Of a stretch of DNA of 64,000 nucleotides, positions 1-9,220 are shown one piece after another (position 1 is the stretch's first letter; the number at the start of each line of letters is the position of its first letter). Below the pieces are notes generated by a model that saw nothing but the letters and a program-made list of their open reading frames with translations, was not told where the DNA came from and did not search any database. The position numbers were made by a program, and so were the translations under genes. The DNA is from a virus (taxonomy: Duplodnaviria > Caudoviricetes), in the IMG/VR virus record IMGVR_UViG_3300029798_000001. The stretch is one strand, 5' to 3'.

Positions 1-297
1 GTTGAACGTACTTGCTTTGGTATTACCGGTAACCCAACACGCCGTATTCAAGGATATGAAGGGCACGTAGGGCACCGAGTAAAGTTTAGTGCTCTATGGA
101 CTGGCCCCGAAAGACTAATCCGTGAACTTGAATCACAAATCAAAGACCATAGTGAGGGTTTTAGATTCGTTGGCACTGGTAATTTTAAATACGAGTGGAT
201 TACTGAGCAAGTACCGTATGACCAATTTTATGATTGGGTTGATCTTACTTTAACTAAGAGTGTCGATGGTGTTACTAAAATTGAAGGAGTATTATGA
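1..297 (+). CDS. 5'-truncated ORF, GIY-YIG/T5orf172-like nuclease
   Basis: Frame 1 open from the window edge to TGA at 295-297; VERTCFGITGNPTRRIQGY resembles the GIT-x-N-x3-R motif of GIY-YIG-like proteins. Confidence 0.45.
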   Translation, partial: VERTCFGITGNPTRRIQGYEGHVGHRVKFSALWTGPERLIRELESQIKDHSEGFRFVGTGNFKYEWITEQVPYDQFYDWVDLTLTKSVDGVTKIEGVL

Positions 298-863
298 TGC
301 AACATATTTTATCACAACAACCACAGTATATATTGTCTCTTAAAAACTACGCCGAGCCGATTGAAGTAAGCCATGCTATTAAAAATTTAAAAATAACTCG
401 TATGATCTATGGATTTATTCATAACTATGTTGAAAATAATCAAGCAGCAACTGATGTTTTTAAATATGGGCAAGGTGCAGATTACGAATGGCAACGTGGC
501 TGTTGGGGGGCAAGAATTTATCGTCAAGCTGGGAATATTCCAGGATGGACCAATATGCTCTACGGTCCCAACGGTAAAGAGATGCGGGTTATAACAGACG
601 ACTATATTAACGCCACTGGTCGCATAGTACACAAAAATGATGTGACCATTTTAGTATATGATTTTACTAATTTTGTATTTCCAACTGAATCTCAATTTAA
701 AAGATATTTAGAAAAAGTTGAGAATTATTTAATTGAAGATTATAGAAACACTTATCACAAGAATCCAATTGGTAACATTAAAGATGAAGCTCACGCTAAA
801 AATTCTTCTTCTGTGACTGATGCTCAATTTAATACATTATTTGATGCTAGCCCAATACTATAA
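294..863 (+). CDS. hypothetical protein, GIY-YIG-like
   Basis: VFKYGQG...GARIYRQ near the N-terminus and ENYLIEDY...PIGN near the C-terminus; ATGA overlap with the upstream ORF. Confidence 0.4.
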   Translation: MMQHILSQQPQYILSLKNYAEPIEVSHAIKNLKITRMIYGFIHNYVENNQAATDVFKYGQGADYEWQRGCWGARIYRQAGNIPGWTNMLYGPNGKEMRVITDDYINATGRIVHKNDVTILVYDFTNFVFPTESQFKRYLEKVENYLIEDYRNTYHKNPIGNIKDEAHAKNSSSVTDAQFNTLFDASPIL

Positions 864-1989
864 CCAGTTATGTCAAGAGTGGGGTTACACCCCCACCGCT
901 GACGTATGCACGGGCTATGAAAGTGTAATGCCCAGACTTCGAGCATTGGGCAAAGACACGTGGACCCGAGCCGACGATGTTGGCAAGCAAGCAATACAAG
1001 ATGAAGTGTTTGACATCTATCGTAGTATCAACATAGTCCCGATTACCTATTATAGTTTAGATGGATGTCGTCAGCAGGTCAACGAACTAGCAACAAAGAC
1101 TAAGTCAGTTAAGAATCATCAACTCGGTGTAGGCAACAACGAAGGATTAGCGTTTGGTCGCTTCTGGTTTCCTAATATGCAAACGGCTAAATGGCTTAAC
1201 AACGATACAGTTAGTATCCGTGCCCGCTTCAACCACGACAACAAACTCAAGCGGGCTATTAAGTTAGCCTATGTCCACCGTGACGAAGGCGCGGATACAG
1301 TTATACCCAAGAACATACGCCGTGCATTAGAACTAGTCAACGGTGGTACAATACAAAACTTTAAACCAATGAATGCCCGGGCTGTATGGGAACACATCTG
1401 CCCTGTGTTCCGTGGCCGTGTTCTAGACTTTAGTTCGGGCTATGGTGGTCGTATGCTAGGCGCCATGACCAGTAATCTACGCTATCACTACACAGGTATA
1501 GACCCTAATACAAGAACATTCCAAGGACTAGAAGCACTAGGTCAACTACTCGACGAACAAAACATCGGCAGTGGTTATGCAATGAACTGTATGCCAAGTG
1601 AGGAGTTTGACCCAGAACCTGGATTCTACGATGCGGCATTCTCAAGTCCGCCCTACTTCAATCTAGAAACATACACCGACGAGCCGACCCAGTGTATGAA
1701 TCGCTATACCACGCTATCTGCATGGTTTGATGGCTATGTCGCACCAACCTTACAAATGGTACATCGGGCATTAGCCGATGATGGAATATATGCTGTAAAC
1801 ATTGCAGACTACAAGAACGGTAAAGAACAGTTTGCTATTGTGGATCAATGGAAAGAATTAAGTAAACAAGTAGGATTTGAATATCAAGAAACAGTGGATA
1901 TGATCCTTAATGTCCGACCGGGTGTAGGTAATAATAAGTTAGAAAAAGCATACAAATCCGAGGGTATTTACATCTTTAGAAAAACTTAA
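844..1989 (+). CDS. SAM-dependent amino-DNA methyltransferase (m4C/m6A type)
   Basis: Motif I VLDFSSGYGGR and motif IV FSSPPYF; likely start is ATG 844 (ORF track gives 820). Confidence 0.8.
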   Translation: MLAQYYNQLCQEWGYTPTADVCTGYESVMPRLRALGKDTWTRADDVGKQAIQDEVFDIYRSINIVPITYYSLDGCRQQVNELATKTKSVKNHQLGVGNNEGLAFGRFWFPNMQTAKWLNNDTVSIRARFNHDNKLKRAIKLAYVHRDEGADTVIPKNIRRALELVNGGTIQNFKPMNARAVWEHICPVFRGRVLDFSSGYGGRMLGAMTSNLRYHYTGIDPNTRTFQGLEALGQLLDEQNIGSGYAMNCMPSEEFDPEPGFYDAAFSSPPYFNLETYTDEPTQCMNRYTTLSAWFDGYVAPTLQMVHRALADDGIYAVNIADYKNGKEQFAIVDQWKELSKQVGFEYQETVDMILNVRPGVGNNKLEKAYKSEGIYIFRKT

Positions 1990-2015
1990 TCTGTAGTCTA
2001 AAAACAACACTTTTT

Positions 2016-2039
2016 AACCCCCTTAAATGGGGGTTTTTT
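2016..2039 (+). terminator. intrinsic terminator
   Basis: AACCCCC-TTAAAT-GGGGGTT hairpin followed by a T run. Confidence 0.75.
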
Positions 2040-2056
2040 ACGGGGTTACCAAAAGG

Positions 2057-2085
2057 TTGACCATAAATGTCCGATTTGCTATAAT
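2057..2085 (+). promoter_or_regulatory. sigma70-type early promoter
   Basis: TTGACC-N17-TATAAT. Confidence 0.8.
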
Positions 2086-2115
2086 ATATGTATAGTGAAA
2101 ATAAAGGAGCAAAAG

Positions 2116-2388
2116 ATGTCAAAACTTACAGCATACACAGTAGAAATTTATAAAGCTGATCGCCGTATTAAAGCGGGTCAGAGATTGATTGAGAAGCGTG
2201 ATTTTTGCCCAGTTACCCGTGATTACATCCAAACAGTGGTATCGGACAAGATTGCACAGGGTTTTATTGTTGAGTTACACGAAACCTTTGTTACCAAAAC
2301 GAATCTAATGGGTGGCAAGGAGTTCACCGAGCGGTATGATACTCCTTACTTCTGCTCGCCTGCTAGTGAGAGCTACTGGTCGGCATAA
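2116..2388 (+). CDS. hypothetical phage protein
   Basis: AGGAG RBS before ATG 2116; C-terminus DTPYFCSPASESYWSA. Confidence 0.7.
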   Translation: MSKLTAYTVEIYKADRRIKAGQRLIEKRDFCPVTRDYIQTVVSDKIAQGFIVELHETFVTKTNLMGGKEFTERYDTPYFCSPASESYWSA

Positions 2389-2412
2389 GTTAACGGGCAC
2401 TAACCTGCCCGG

Positions 2413-2441
2413 TTGACCAGAAATTACCGAAATGTTATAAT
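2413..2441 (+). promoter_or_regulatory. sigma70-type early promoter with extended -10
   Basis: TTGACC-N17-TATAAT with TGn. Confidence 0.8.
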
Positions 2442-2471
2442 AGTTGTATAGTTAAACAAAAGGAGTTAGAA

Positions 2472-2627
2472 ATGAGCAAAAAACACTTTGTAGCAATGGC
2501 TAAAGAGATTAGTTCGATGCCTAACAAGGCCCAGGCTTTAGCCACAGCAATTGCATTTTGTCGGGTTGCACAAACGGCCAATCCAAGATTTGACCAAGCC
2601 CGTTTCCTTGAAGCCTGTGGAGTTTAA
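2472..2627 (+). CDS. small hypothetical protein (51 aa, not in ORF track)
   Basis: AGGAG RBS; MSKKHFVAMAKEIS...NPRFDQARFLEACGV. Confidence 0.7.
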   Translation: MSKKHFVAMAKEISSMPNKAQALATAIAFCRVAQTANPRFDQARFLEACGV

Positions 2628-2628
2628 T

Positions 2629-2946
2629 ATGATAAGTCAAATTGTTAATCAAGCATTTACAGCCGCAAGACAAGCCGAGGCTAATTATCTTGCCCAACAC
2701 GGTGAGCCTGGTTACTGCGGATTTTCGTGGGTCGAAGTGTATGTTGACCGCACCAACTCTAAACAAGCCAAAGAATTATTGGCCAATGGGTTTAAGAAAG
2801 ATTACAAACCAAAATGTTTGACCGTTTGGAATCCAGGTGGTAGCCATACTCAGTCAATGGATATCAAAGAAGCTGGTGCCCAGGCCTTTGCTGAAGTGCT
2901 ACAAAAGGCAGGCTTGAAGGCCTACGCTTGTTCAAGGGCTGACTAA
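2629..2946 (+). CDS. hypothetical phage protein
   Basis: Start ATG 2629 packs against the previous stop codon. Confidence 0.7.
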   Translation: MISQIVNQAFTAARQAEANYLAQHGEPGYCGFSWVEVYVDRTNSKQAKELLANGFKKDYKPKCLTVWNPGGSHTQSMDIKEAGAQAFAEVLQKAGLKAYACSRAD

Positions 2947-2947
2947 T

Positions 2948-3163
2948 ATGGACTATGCTATGTTTACGCAAGAAGGTAATCGTTTGGTAGACCGTGTAGT
3001 TAACGAAGCTCGGGTACAGGGGTGGGATTGGCCTAAAACATACAGGCACCTGCAACTCCTATCAAAAGCCCATCCTAAGACCGCAGGGGAAGCCACAGAT
3101 ACCGCAGTCCGAGAGGTAGTATATACAACCTTGAAGTTTGAAACTAGTTTTTACGGAGCTTAA
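2948..3163 (+). CDS. hypothetical protein
   Basis: Tightly packed ORF. Confidence 0.65.
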   Translation: MDYAMFTQEGNRLVDRVVNEARVQGWDWPKTYRHLQLLSKAHPKTAGEATDTAVREVVYTTLKFETSFYGA

Positions 3164-3820
3164 TTGAAAAAGAACCATGACACGATTGATGCTATAGACG
3201 CAGACCTACTTTGGTCAGCGGCTTGCACAGCGTATCGATTGAACAACGGTTACCTTAAGGTTCCAGAGACCATTGGTGACCAAGTTATTCGACCTACCAA
3301 CCGCGAGATTGTTAAGATTGCATTATATGATCATTCGTTGATTACTGATGCGGACCGTGATATGGCCCAACAATGTCGCCGGTATATGGCTACCGCGGTA
3401 ACTATGCAAGCTCTCAAGACCGAACTTGGTGAGTGGTCAAAGATTACGGCCAAGGTCTGTGGGTTAGAAACTATCAACAGCAATTACGACTTTTCAGTAA
3501 TTACAGCCATGCCACACAGTTATATCAAGCAACTGAAAAAAGAATCAGTAGACGCTCGTCTGGCTCGTTGTAACCAGGGTATAGTTGGTAAGGTTGGTGA
3601 TAAGATTGAGTTGGCGGTAGAGATTGTTCGCAATAACTATAGCGCCAAATTTAATACATGGTTTATAAGTGCTATTACTAAAGACAACTGCGCGGTGTTC
3701 TTTGCTTATCGCGAAAGTCTTGACCCAGAAACTCATGTAACTATTCGTAGCACAATCAAACGACACACCGATTCTGCGACTCAACTCAACCGTGTCAAAA
3801 TTGTAGGAGAACTAGCATGA
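3164..3820 (+). CDS. hypothetical protein, possible C-terminal OB-fold
   Basis: TTG start; beta-rich C-terminus GKVGDKIELAVEIV...TIKRH. Confidence 0.6.
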   Translation: MKKNHDTIDAIDADLLWSAACTAYRLNNGYLKVPETIGDQVIRPTNREIVKIALYDHSLITDADRDMAQQCRRYMATAVTMQALKTELGEWSKITAKVCGLETINSNYDFSVITAMPHSYIKQLKKESVDARLARCNQGIVGKVGDKIELAVEIVRNNYSAKFNTWFISAITKDNCAVFFAYRESLDPETHVTIRSTIKRHTDSATQLNRVKIVGELA

Positions 3821-3945
3821 AAGGTTTTATTTTAGGTACAGTGTTTGGTATTATGGTTTGCACCGTTGGTTTTTCGGGCATCGCTCGAATTTTTGACAAT
3901 GGGTTAACCAAAGTCCAAGATGTATCCAAAGAATACGCCAAATAA
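3817..3945 (+). CDS. small membrane protein (42 aa, not in ORF track)
   Basis: GGAG RBS, ATGA overlap, hydrophobic N-terminus MKGFILGTVFGIMVCTVGF. Confidence 0.65.
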   Translation: MKGFILGTVFGIMVCTVGFSGIARIFDNGLTKVQDVSKEYAK

Positions 3946-3979
3946 GACCCTTTTGGCAAACCAGATATAGTAATTATGG

Positions 3980-4008
3980 TTGACTTTAATTCTGAATTCA
4001 AGTATAAT
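3980..4008 (+). promoter_or_regulatory. sigma70-type promoter
   Basis: TTGACT-N17-TATAAT. Confidence 0.75.
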
Positions 4009-4071
4009 TGTTATTGTAGTGAGTAGTAGCAGTTTAAATCAACTTTAATAGGCAACTTAGAAAGGCATCAC

Positions 4072-4401
4072 ATGTCACAAGACAAATTATTTACAGTAGC
4101 AGGTACAGCAACTAACGCAGACGGCACAGTTAAAGCTCGTTTCGCAAACGATTTGGTGGCTCGTATCAAGATTTTGAACAAAGCAGGTTGCACCAGTATC
4201 AACCTTATGGAATTGCCAAGTGCAATGACCAAACTCCAAGCTCTCCAGTATTTGGCAGAGCAAGGCGTTACAGGTGATGCAGGTTATGCTGTAGCCAATA
4301 AATTGGCTGAAAAGACCAAGCTCGCTAAGAAAGGCGAAGTAAAGGTCAAGGCAACCGCAGTTAAGCCAGCAGTTAACGCTGGCACTAAAGTAACAGCCTA
4401 A
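4072..4401 (+). CDS. hypothetical phage protein with basic Ala/Lys-rich tail
   Basis: ORF downstream of promoter; C-terminus AKKGEVKVKATAVKPAV. Confidence 0.7.
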   Translation: MSQDKLFTVAGTATNADGTVKARFANDLVARIKILNKAGCTSINLMELPSAMTKLQALQYLAEQGVTGDAGYAVANKLAEKTKLAKKGEVKVKATAVKPAVNAGTKVTA

Positions 4402-4534
4402 TAGGCAACAGGGGCAACCATAAGTCCCCTGGTATTAATTTTGTTGTTTGTAAGCACAGAGGCTTGATCATGCGTTATGTAACCGAAACAAACATTCCAG
4501 TAAACTCGAGTAAAGCTGGTGAGTTAGGCAAACA

Positions 4535-4846
4535 GTGCAGACAACAAAACTAATATCTTTAGTAATTCCGTTGGTATTATCCGGTTGTGCTGTGCCAGTT
4601 ATGGTATCTATGATAACTGGTGCCGCTAGTGTAGCAGTTAACGAAACTACAGGTAAAACAGTAACAGATCATACAGTAAGCACAGTTAATGGTCAAGACT
4701 GTCGAGTAAGCAGATCGTTTAATAATCAAGCCGTTTGTCAAGACGAAACTCCAATAAGTCCAGCGACAACGGTTACAACCACCGGGGTTACGCCAAGTTC
4801 AGTTGCAGAACTTGAAGCAAGATATCGACAGACTGCAAACAAATAA
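4535..4846 (+). CDS. putative lipoprotein
   Basis: Signal peptide with lipobox LSGC. Confidence 0.65.
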   Translation: MQTTKLISLVIPLVLSGCAVPVMVSMITGAASVAVNETTGKTVTDHTVSTVNGQDCRVSRSFNNQAVCQDETPISPATTVTTTGVTPSSVAELEARYRQTANK

Positions 4847-4851
4847 AGAAT

Positions 4852-4872
4852 TGCCCGAAAGGGCATTTTTTA
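4852..4872 (+). terminator. intrinsic terminator
   Basis: TGCCC-GAAA-GGGCA followed by TTTTTT. Confidence 0.8.
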
Positions 4873-4903
4873 TGATTTTGAAATCTCAGCTAAGTATTTT
4901 AAT

Positions 4904-5134
4904 ATGTTTGATGAACTTGATCTCACTATCAGAGCTGCTATCCATAATCTCATGTTGGTTTTATATGAGCAAGGAATAACGGAAATCCATACAGGAGGAA
5001 TGATGCGCCTACTTGGAGTATCTGATGAAGTCGCCCAACAGTACGACGACGAGCGAGTAATTTTAGATGACAATTTTGTTAAATATGTAGAGGAAATTAA
5101 CACTCCTAGACCAGCAGACCAACCGTTACATTAA
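4904..5134 (+). CDS. hypothetical protein
   Basis: ORF coupled to the next gene (TAATG). Confidence 0.6.
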   Translation: MFDELDLTIRAAIHNLMLVLYEQGITEIHTGGMMRLLGVSDEVAQQYDDERVILDDNFVKYVEEINTPRPADQPLH

Positions 5135-5376
5135 TGACCTTACCTACGTTTAAAAGCGGCGACGCCCTTTATACAGTAATCATACGAGATCCCGAAGCTC
5201 GAACCCGTTTAACAAAATGGTCTACTACTAGCCGCAGTATTCAATGTCGTGTTGAAGATAACCGTATGCACATCTATGATCATAATACCCTAAGTCTTTT
5301 TATGGTAACATGGGCACACAGTTGGGACAATATGGTTATTTGGGATCCGTGGACCAAACGGCATATTAACTTCTAA
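5134..5376 (+). CDS. hypothetical protein
   Basis: Coupled ORF. Confidence 0.6.
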   Translation: MTLPTFKSGDALYTVIIRDPEARTRLTKWSTTSRSIQCRVEDNRMHIYDHNTLSLFMVTWAHSWDNMVIWDPWTKRHINF

Positions 5377-5383
5377 TTATTTC

Positions 5384-5411
5384 TTGACATACTGGCATTA
5401 TAGTGTATAAT
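5384..5411 (+). promoter_or_regulatory. sigma70-type promoter
   Basis: TTGACA-N16-TATAAT. Confidence 0.75.
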
Positions 5412-5449
5412 TAATAGGTGCTCGTGGCACTTATAATAAAGGAAATAGA

Positions 5450-5638
5450 ATGACAACTCATGAACAAATTGTAGAAGCATTTAATAACTACATTGCTGAA
5501 AACGAAAAATTCACATCAAAAGGCGTAAAAGCCGCAGCTGCTCGGGCAAGGAAATCTTTGCAGGAAATTGCAAAGGCGGTTAAGGTTCGCAGAGCCGAGA
5601 TAACAACCGAAAAAGAAGCACTATCAACAGCCAAGTAA
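5450..5638 (+). CDS. histone H1-like (Hc1-family) small basic protein
   Basis: KGVKAAAARARKSLQEI matches the Hc1-like GxKAAxxRARKxxxEL pattern. Confidence 0.7.
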   Translation: MTTHEQIVEAFNNYIAENEKFTSKGVKAAAARARKSLQEIAKAVKVRRAEITTEKEALSTAK

Positions 5639-5643
5639 TACTG

Positions 5644-5670
5644 CTTAGGAATGGGGCAACCCATTCCAAG
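5644..5670 (+). terminator. stable GNRA hairpin, possible terminator or processing site
   Basis: GGAATGGG-GCAA-CCCATTCC. Confidence 0.6.
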
Positions 5671-5691
5671 TTTCTATATTAAGGAGCCATA

Positions 5692-6174
5692 ATGGACCCT
5701 ACAAAAGAAAACACAGAATTAGATAAAATTCAAGCGCAATTCAACACAACCATGCTGAATAATACCGGTGCCTATACCGGAACAATTAGTACAGGCCTCA
5801 GCGAAGATACTATTACCTTGTCAAACACCGGTGGCGGATTTGCTTATCCTACCACCGTGATAGCAACTGGTGGCCCATATACTATTAGTGGCGGCACAGG
5901 TATTAGCCAGCCTTGGTATAGCACATCTGTCAGTCCAAAAATCAAGCTAGATGGCACCGGTGCTGACATCGAAGTCAACGGTTGGAGCTTGATTGATGCT
6001 ATCAAAAAGATCGAAGAACGCTTAAACATCCTAACTCCTAATACCAAATTAGAAGCGGAATGGGAAGAACTTCGTGCGCTAGGCGCCGAGTATCGTAAAC
6101 TAGAGCAACACATTAAGGACAAACAGGCTACATGGGACCGCTTGAAGGCCATGCCTCCACCTATAGTTGAATAA
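5692..6174 (+). CDS. hypothetical protein with Thr/Gly-rich N-terminus and coiled-coil C-terminus
   Basis: GGAG RBS; IEERLNILTPNTKLEAEWEELRALG. Confidence 0.65.
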   Translation: MDPTKENTELDKIQAQFNTTMLNNTGAYTGTISTGLSEDTITLSNTGGGFAYPTTVIATGGPYTISGGTGISQPWYSTSVSPKIKLDGTGADIEVNGWSLIDAIKKIEERLNILTPNTKLEAEWEELRALGAEYRKLEQHIKDKQATWDRLKAMPPPIVE

Positions 6175-6252
6175 TATACGCAGTTAACGGCAAAAACCTA
6201 TCAAAAATCATAGATTTTAGCCTTCCTGAACTAATAGGAACTAAGTATTTTA

Positions 6253-6535
6253 GAGAGTAGAAAAAACAACCAGGCTAACTTATGTTTAGCGGAGGATTAT
6301 AATCTTAGATCTACTCCACAACGGATGGCCAGTGCCGCAAAGCTGGTCCAGTTTTAAAGAGGACTTCGGAAATCCTCTTCATTGACAAATGGTATGAGCC
6401 CGGGTAAAGACAAAACCGCGCTTAGAGAGTATGGCACTGAGGCCCGAGGTCTTATTCTGTCTCCAGCTTAATCTCACCTGTCTTTGCACCCATCCTGGGA
6501 CTCCGCTGACACGCACAGTATTGCGATGAGGAGAC
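6253..6535 (+). ncRNA. candidate structured leader RNA ending in a k-turn that covers the RBS
   Basis: About 360-nt gap without a long ORF, after TAAGTA (6242-6247); several complementary pairs (see finding). Confidence 0.5.
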
Positions 6536-6539
6536 GAAG

Positions 6540-7196
6540 ATGAAACTTAAAAACTTTCTTATATCGTTGTTAGTAGTTGGTAGTACCGCAGTAGTGGCAG
6601 AAGAAGTACAAGTAGCACAAGTAACATTTACAGATCAAATGATTAACCAGGCCAACACATTTGTTGAGCGTACAGTTAATATAATTGCAACTCCATTCTT
6701 ATCCGACAAGGATGTTGATTGTTTAGCTCGTAATATATTTTACGAGAGCGGCGGAGAATCAACCGAAGGCAAAATTGCTGTAGGTATTGTTACCGTTAAT
6801 CGCTCCCAAGACCCACGCTTTGGTAAGAGTGTATGCGAAGTAGTTAAAGCTCGCACAGTCGTTACAAAGACTCGCGAGGTCCGAAAGACCGAATTAGTCA
6901 AGGTCGGCTATTTTGGCAGCCCAGAAAAAATAACAACAGTACACACAGCCGTAGAACAAGTTCCGGTGTGCCAGTTCTCATGGGTATGTGGCGGCTATGC
7001 CAAGCACCCTAAATCCGATGATGAACGCTGGATAGAAAGTAAAGAAATTGCTGAAAATATTGCACACGGTGACTATGCAGAGTACCGTCTTAAGTACGGT
7101 GGCGCTATGTACTTCCATGCTACTGCTATTCGACCAGTTTGGGCAAAAACCAAGAAGTTTGTAACTAAGACTGGGCACCACTTATTCTACGAATAG
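6540..7196 (+). CDS. cell wall hydrolase, SleB/Hydrolase_2 family
   Basis: Signal peptide; CLARNIFYESGGE...VTVNR...CQFSW...AMYFH...GHHLFY. Confidence 0.9.
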   Translation: MKLKNFLISLLVVGSTAVVAEEVQVAQVTFTDQMINQANTFVERTVNIIATPFLSDKDVDCLARNIFYESGGESTEGKIAVGIVTVNRSQDPRFGKSVCEVVKARTVVTKTREVRKTELVKVGYFGSPEKITTVHTAVEQVPVCQFSWVCGGYAKHPKSDDERWIESKEIAENIAHGDYAEYRLKYGGAMYFHATAIRPVWAKTKKFVTKTGHHLFYE

Positions 7197-7197
7197 G

Positions 7198-7226
7198 TTG
7201 ACCAACTATTCGCAATTTGTTATAAT
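7198..7226 (+). promoter_or_regulatory. sigma70-type promoter with extended -10
   Basis: TTGACC-N17-TATAAT. Confidence 0.8.
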
Positions 7227-7255
7227 ACTAGTATGAATAACAATTGTGAGTTAAT

Positions 7256-7651
7256 ATGACAATGCATCTTGAAGGACCTTGGTTAAGCACTACAGGTAAA
7301 AAGAAAGGCCCAAAAAAATGGGCCAGTTCCGAAGCCAAGAACTTAGCCAAGCAACGCGAATCCGAGTGGGACCGTAAGTTGCTCGAATTCGAAAAGATGA
7401 CGCCAAAATTTAGCACTGGACCTTATAATGCTCCTAAGAAATCTATCACAAATTACATGCCAAAAACTCCACCAGGCCGGGAAACGGCTCCGATACCTAG
7501 CCAAGATACTGGTTGGGTTACCTGCGTAAAACCCAAAGATACAGAATACACCGGTGAAAAATGTCTAGGAATTTCTGTGCTTCATAAGAGCAACGGAGTT
7601 CCGGTTTTTAGTCAAGAAGAGGTAATCTCCATAAGTAAAATGCGGAGATGA
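7256..7651 (+). CDS. hypothetical phage protein
   Basis: C-terminus GISVLHKSNGVPVFS. Confidence 0.65.
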   Translation: MTMHLEGPWLSTTGKKKGPKKWASSEAKNLAKQRESEWDRKLLEFEKMTPKFSTGPYNAPKKSITNYMPKTPPGRETAPIPSQDTGWVTCVKPKDTEYTGEKCLGISVLHKSNGVPVFSQEEVISISKMRR

Positions 7652-7680
7652 ACTATGACATATTTTGAAGGTTGGGACGG

Positions 7681-7899
7681 TTGAGTAAAGAAGATGTAAT
7701 TAAAATGGAAGGTGTTATAGCAGAAGTGCTACCTAACACCATGTACCGTGTTCAAATCGAAAACTTTGAAAAGCCTGTACTTGCCAATCTCAGCGGGCGT
7801 ATGCGTCAAAATAATATTAAAGTTTTAATGGGTGATATTGTAGAAATGGAATTTAGTCCGTATGATTTAAACCGTGGTAGAATTACCCGTCGCAGATAA
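7681..7899 (+). CDS. infA: translation initiation factor IF-1
   Basis: (M)SKEDVIKMEGVIAEVLPNTMYRV...LSGRMRQNNIKVLMGDIVEMEFSPYDLNRGRITRR; TTG start at 7681. Confidence 0.95.
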   Translation: MSKEDVIKMEGVIAEVLPNTMYRVQIENFEKPVLANLSGRMRQNNIKVLMGDIVEMEFSPYDLNRGRITRRR

Positions 7900-7907
7900 G
7901 TAACAGT

Positions 7908-8462
7908 ATGACCAACGATATACGCACCACTATTGACCTAGTAGAACAAACTACTCGTCCAACTAAACTAGAAACCACTCTATTGCCCTATACCCATACA
8001 GCGTTAGAGCCTGTAATGAGTGCAGAAACTATTGAATATCATTACGAGCACCTGGCGAAAGGTTATGCTAAACGTTATAACGCTGGCGAAGGCGATCCTG
8101 ATTTTAACCGTGCAGGGTCGTATCTCCATAACAAATTCTTTCCACAACTTCATGCACCAAAAGGAGCAAATCGCCCTAAAGGTGCTGTATTAGAACTAAT
8201 TGAAACTAACTTTAAAACATATGAAGACTTTAAAGATGAATTTAAAAAGGTGGCCATGGCCGTCGAGGGATCGGGCTGGATATATCTCAGCACACAGGGC
8301 ACGATTAAAACAATCAAGAATCATGCGGTTAGACTCGATATCTGTGTTCTCGTTGATTTCTGGGAGCATTCATGGGCGACGGACTACCAGTGGGACAAAG
8401 AACGATATCTAGATAACATCTGGAAAATAATTAACTGGGACATTTGCAATGAGAGAATATGA
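7908..8462 (+). CDS. Fe/Mn superoxide dismutase
   Basis: LPY...LEP, HYEHLAKGY, LHNKFF, GSGW and DFWEHSW motifs. Confidence 0.9.
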   Translation: MTNDIRTTIDLVEQTTRPTKLETTLLPYTHTALEPVMSAETIEYHYEHLAKGYAKRYNAGEGDPDFNRAGSYLHNKFFPQLHAPKGANRPKGAVLELIETNFKTYEDFKDEFKKVAMAVEGSGWIYLSTQGTIKTIKNHAVRLDICVLVDFWEHSWATDYQWDKERYLDNIWKIINWDICNERI

Positions 8463-9220
8463 ATTATCAAAAGATCTATGATAGTATCATAGAAAATGCT
8501 AAACAGCGTAACTGGACTAGAAAAACAGCACCAATTTATGTTGAGTATCATCACATTGTGCCTAGATCGTTAAACGGCTCAGATAGTGCCGATAATCTTG
8601 TATTCCTAACGTATCAAGAGCATTTTCTTGGCCACTGGCTATTGTACAAATCGTCTGTGGGGATTAATAAATCTAAAATGGCAAATGCTTGGTTTCGTAT
8701 GTGCCAAAGTAATGAATTTCAAATTAGAAACAGTAAGCATTATTCAAAAGCTAGACAAGCATTTTCGGACAACAATCCGTTCAAAGATCCTGAAATAATC
8801 AAAATAGTTAAACGTAGAATGACTGATAATAATCCGATGAAAAATCCTAAAAATGCGGCTAAAGTAAGCAAGGCACTAAAAGGAAAAATGGTAGGAGAAA
8901 AGAATGGCTTCTATAATCAAAAACATTCAATACAAACCCTAGAAAAAATATCCGGCATAAATCATTATACACAAAAAGAAGGTTATGTAGCACCTGTTGT
9001 ATCTGCTGAAACTCGAAAAAAGCATAGTTTAGCAAAAAAAGGAAAACCTAATCCTACGATGTCGCAACTTAATCGAGATAAAGCTGCTACTTGGAAAATA
9101 ACTACTCCAGCCGGCGAAGAACTTATTATTAAGAATATAAACAACTGGGCAACTGAGCAAAAGATTAGCCCACATTGGTTATATAGAAATAGACGCGGAT
9201 ATAAGGCGGTAAAATTATGA
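8459..9220 (+). mobile_element. free-standing HNH homing endonuclease with NUMOD-type DNA-binding repeats
   Basis: EYHHIVPRSLNGSDSADNLVFLTYQEHFLGH; NPM/NGFYNQKHS repeats; ATGA overlaps at both ends. Confidence 0.85.

Noticed and set aside
2389-2417. Hairpin overlapping the -35 box (GGGCA/TGCCC)
   Set aside because: No U tract and no further support; at most a minor regulatory or processing stem.
6253-6535. RNase P, tmRNA or c-di-AMP riboswitch identity for the leader
   Set aside because: Only short chance matches; the conserved GAGGAAAGUCC, tRNA-like ends and ydaO motifs are absent or out of order.
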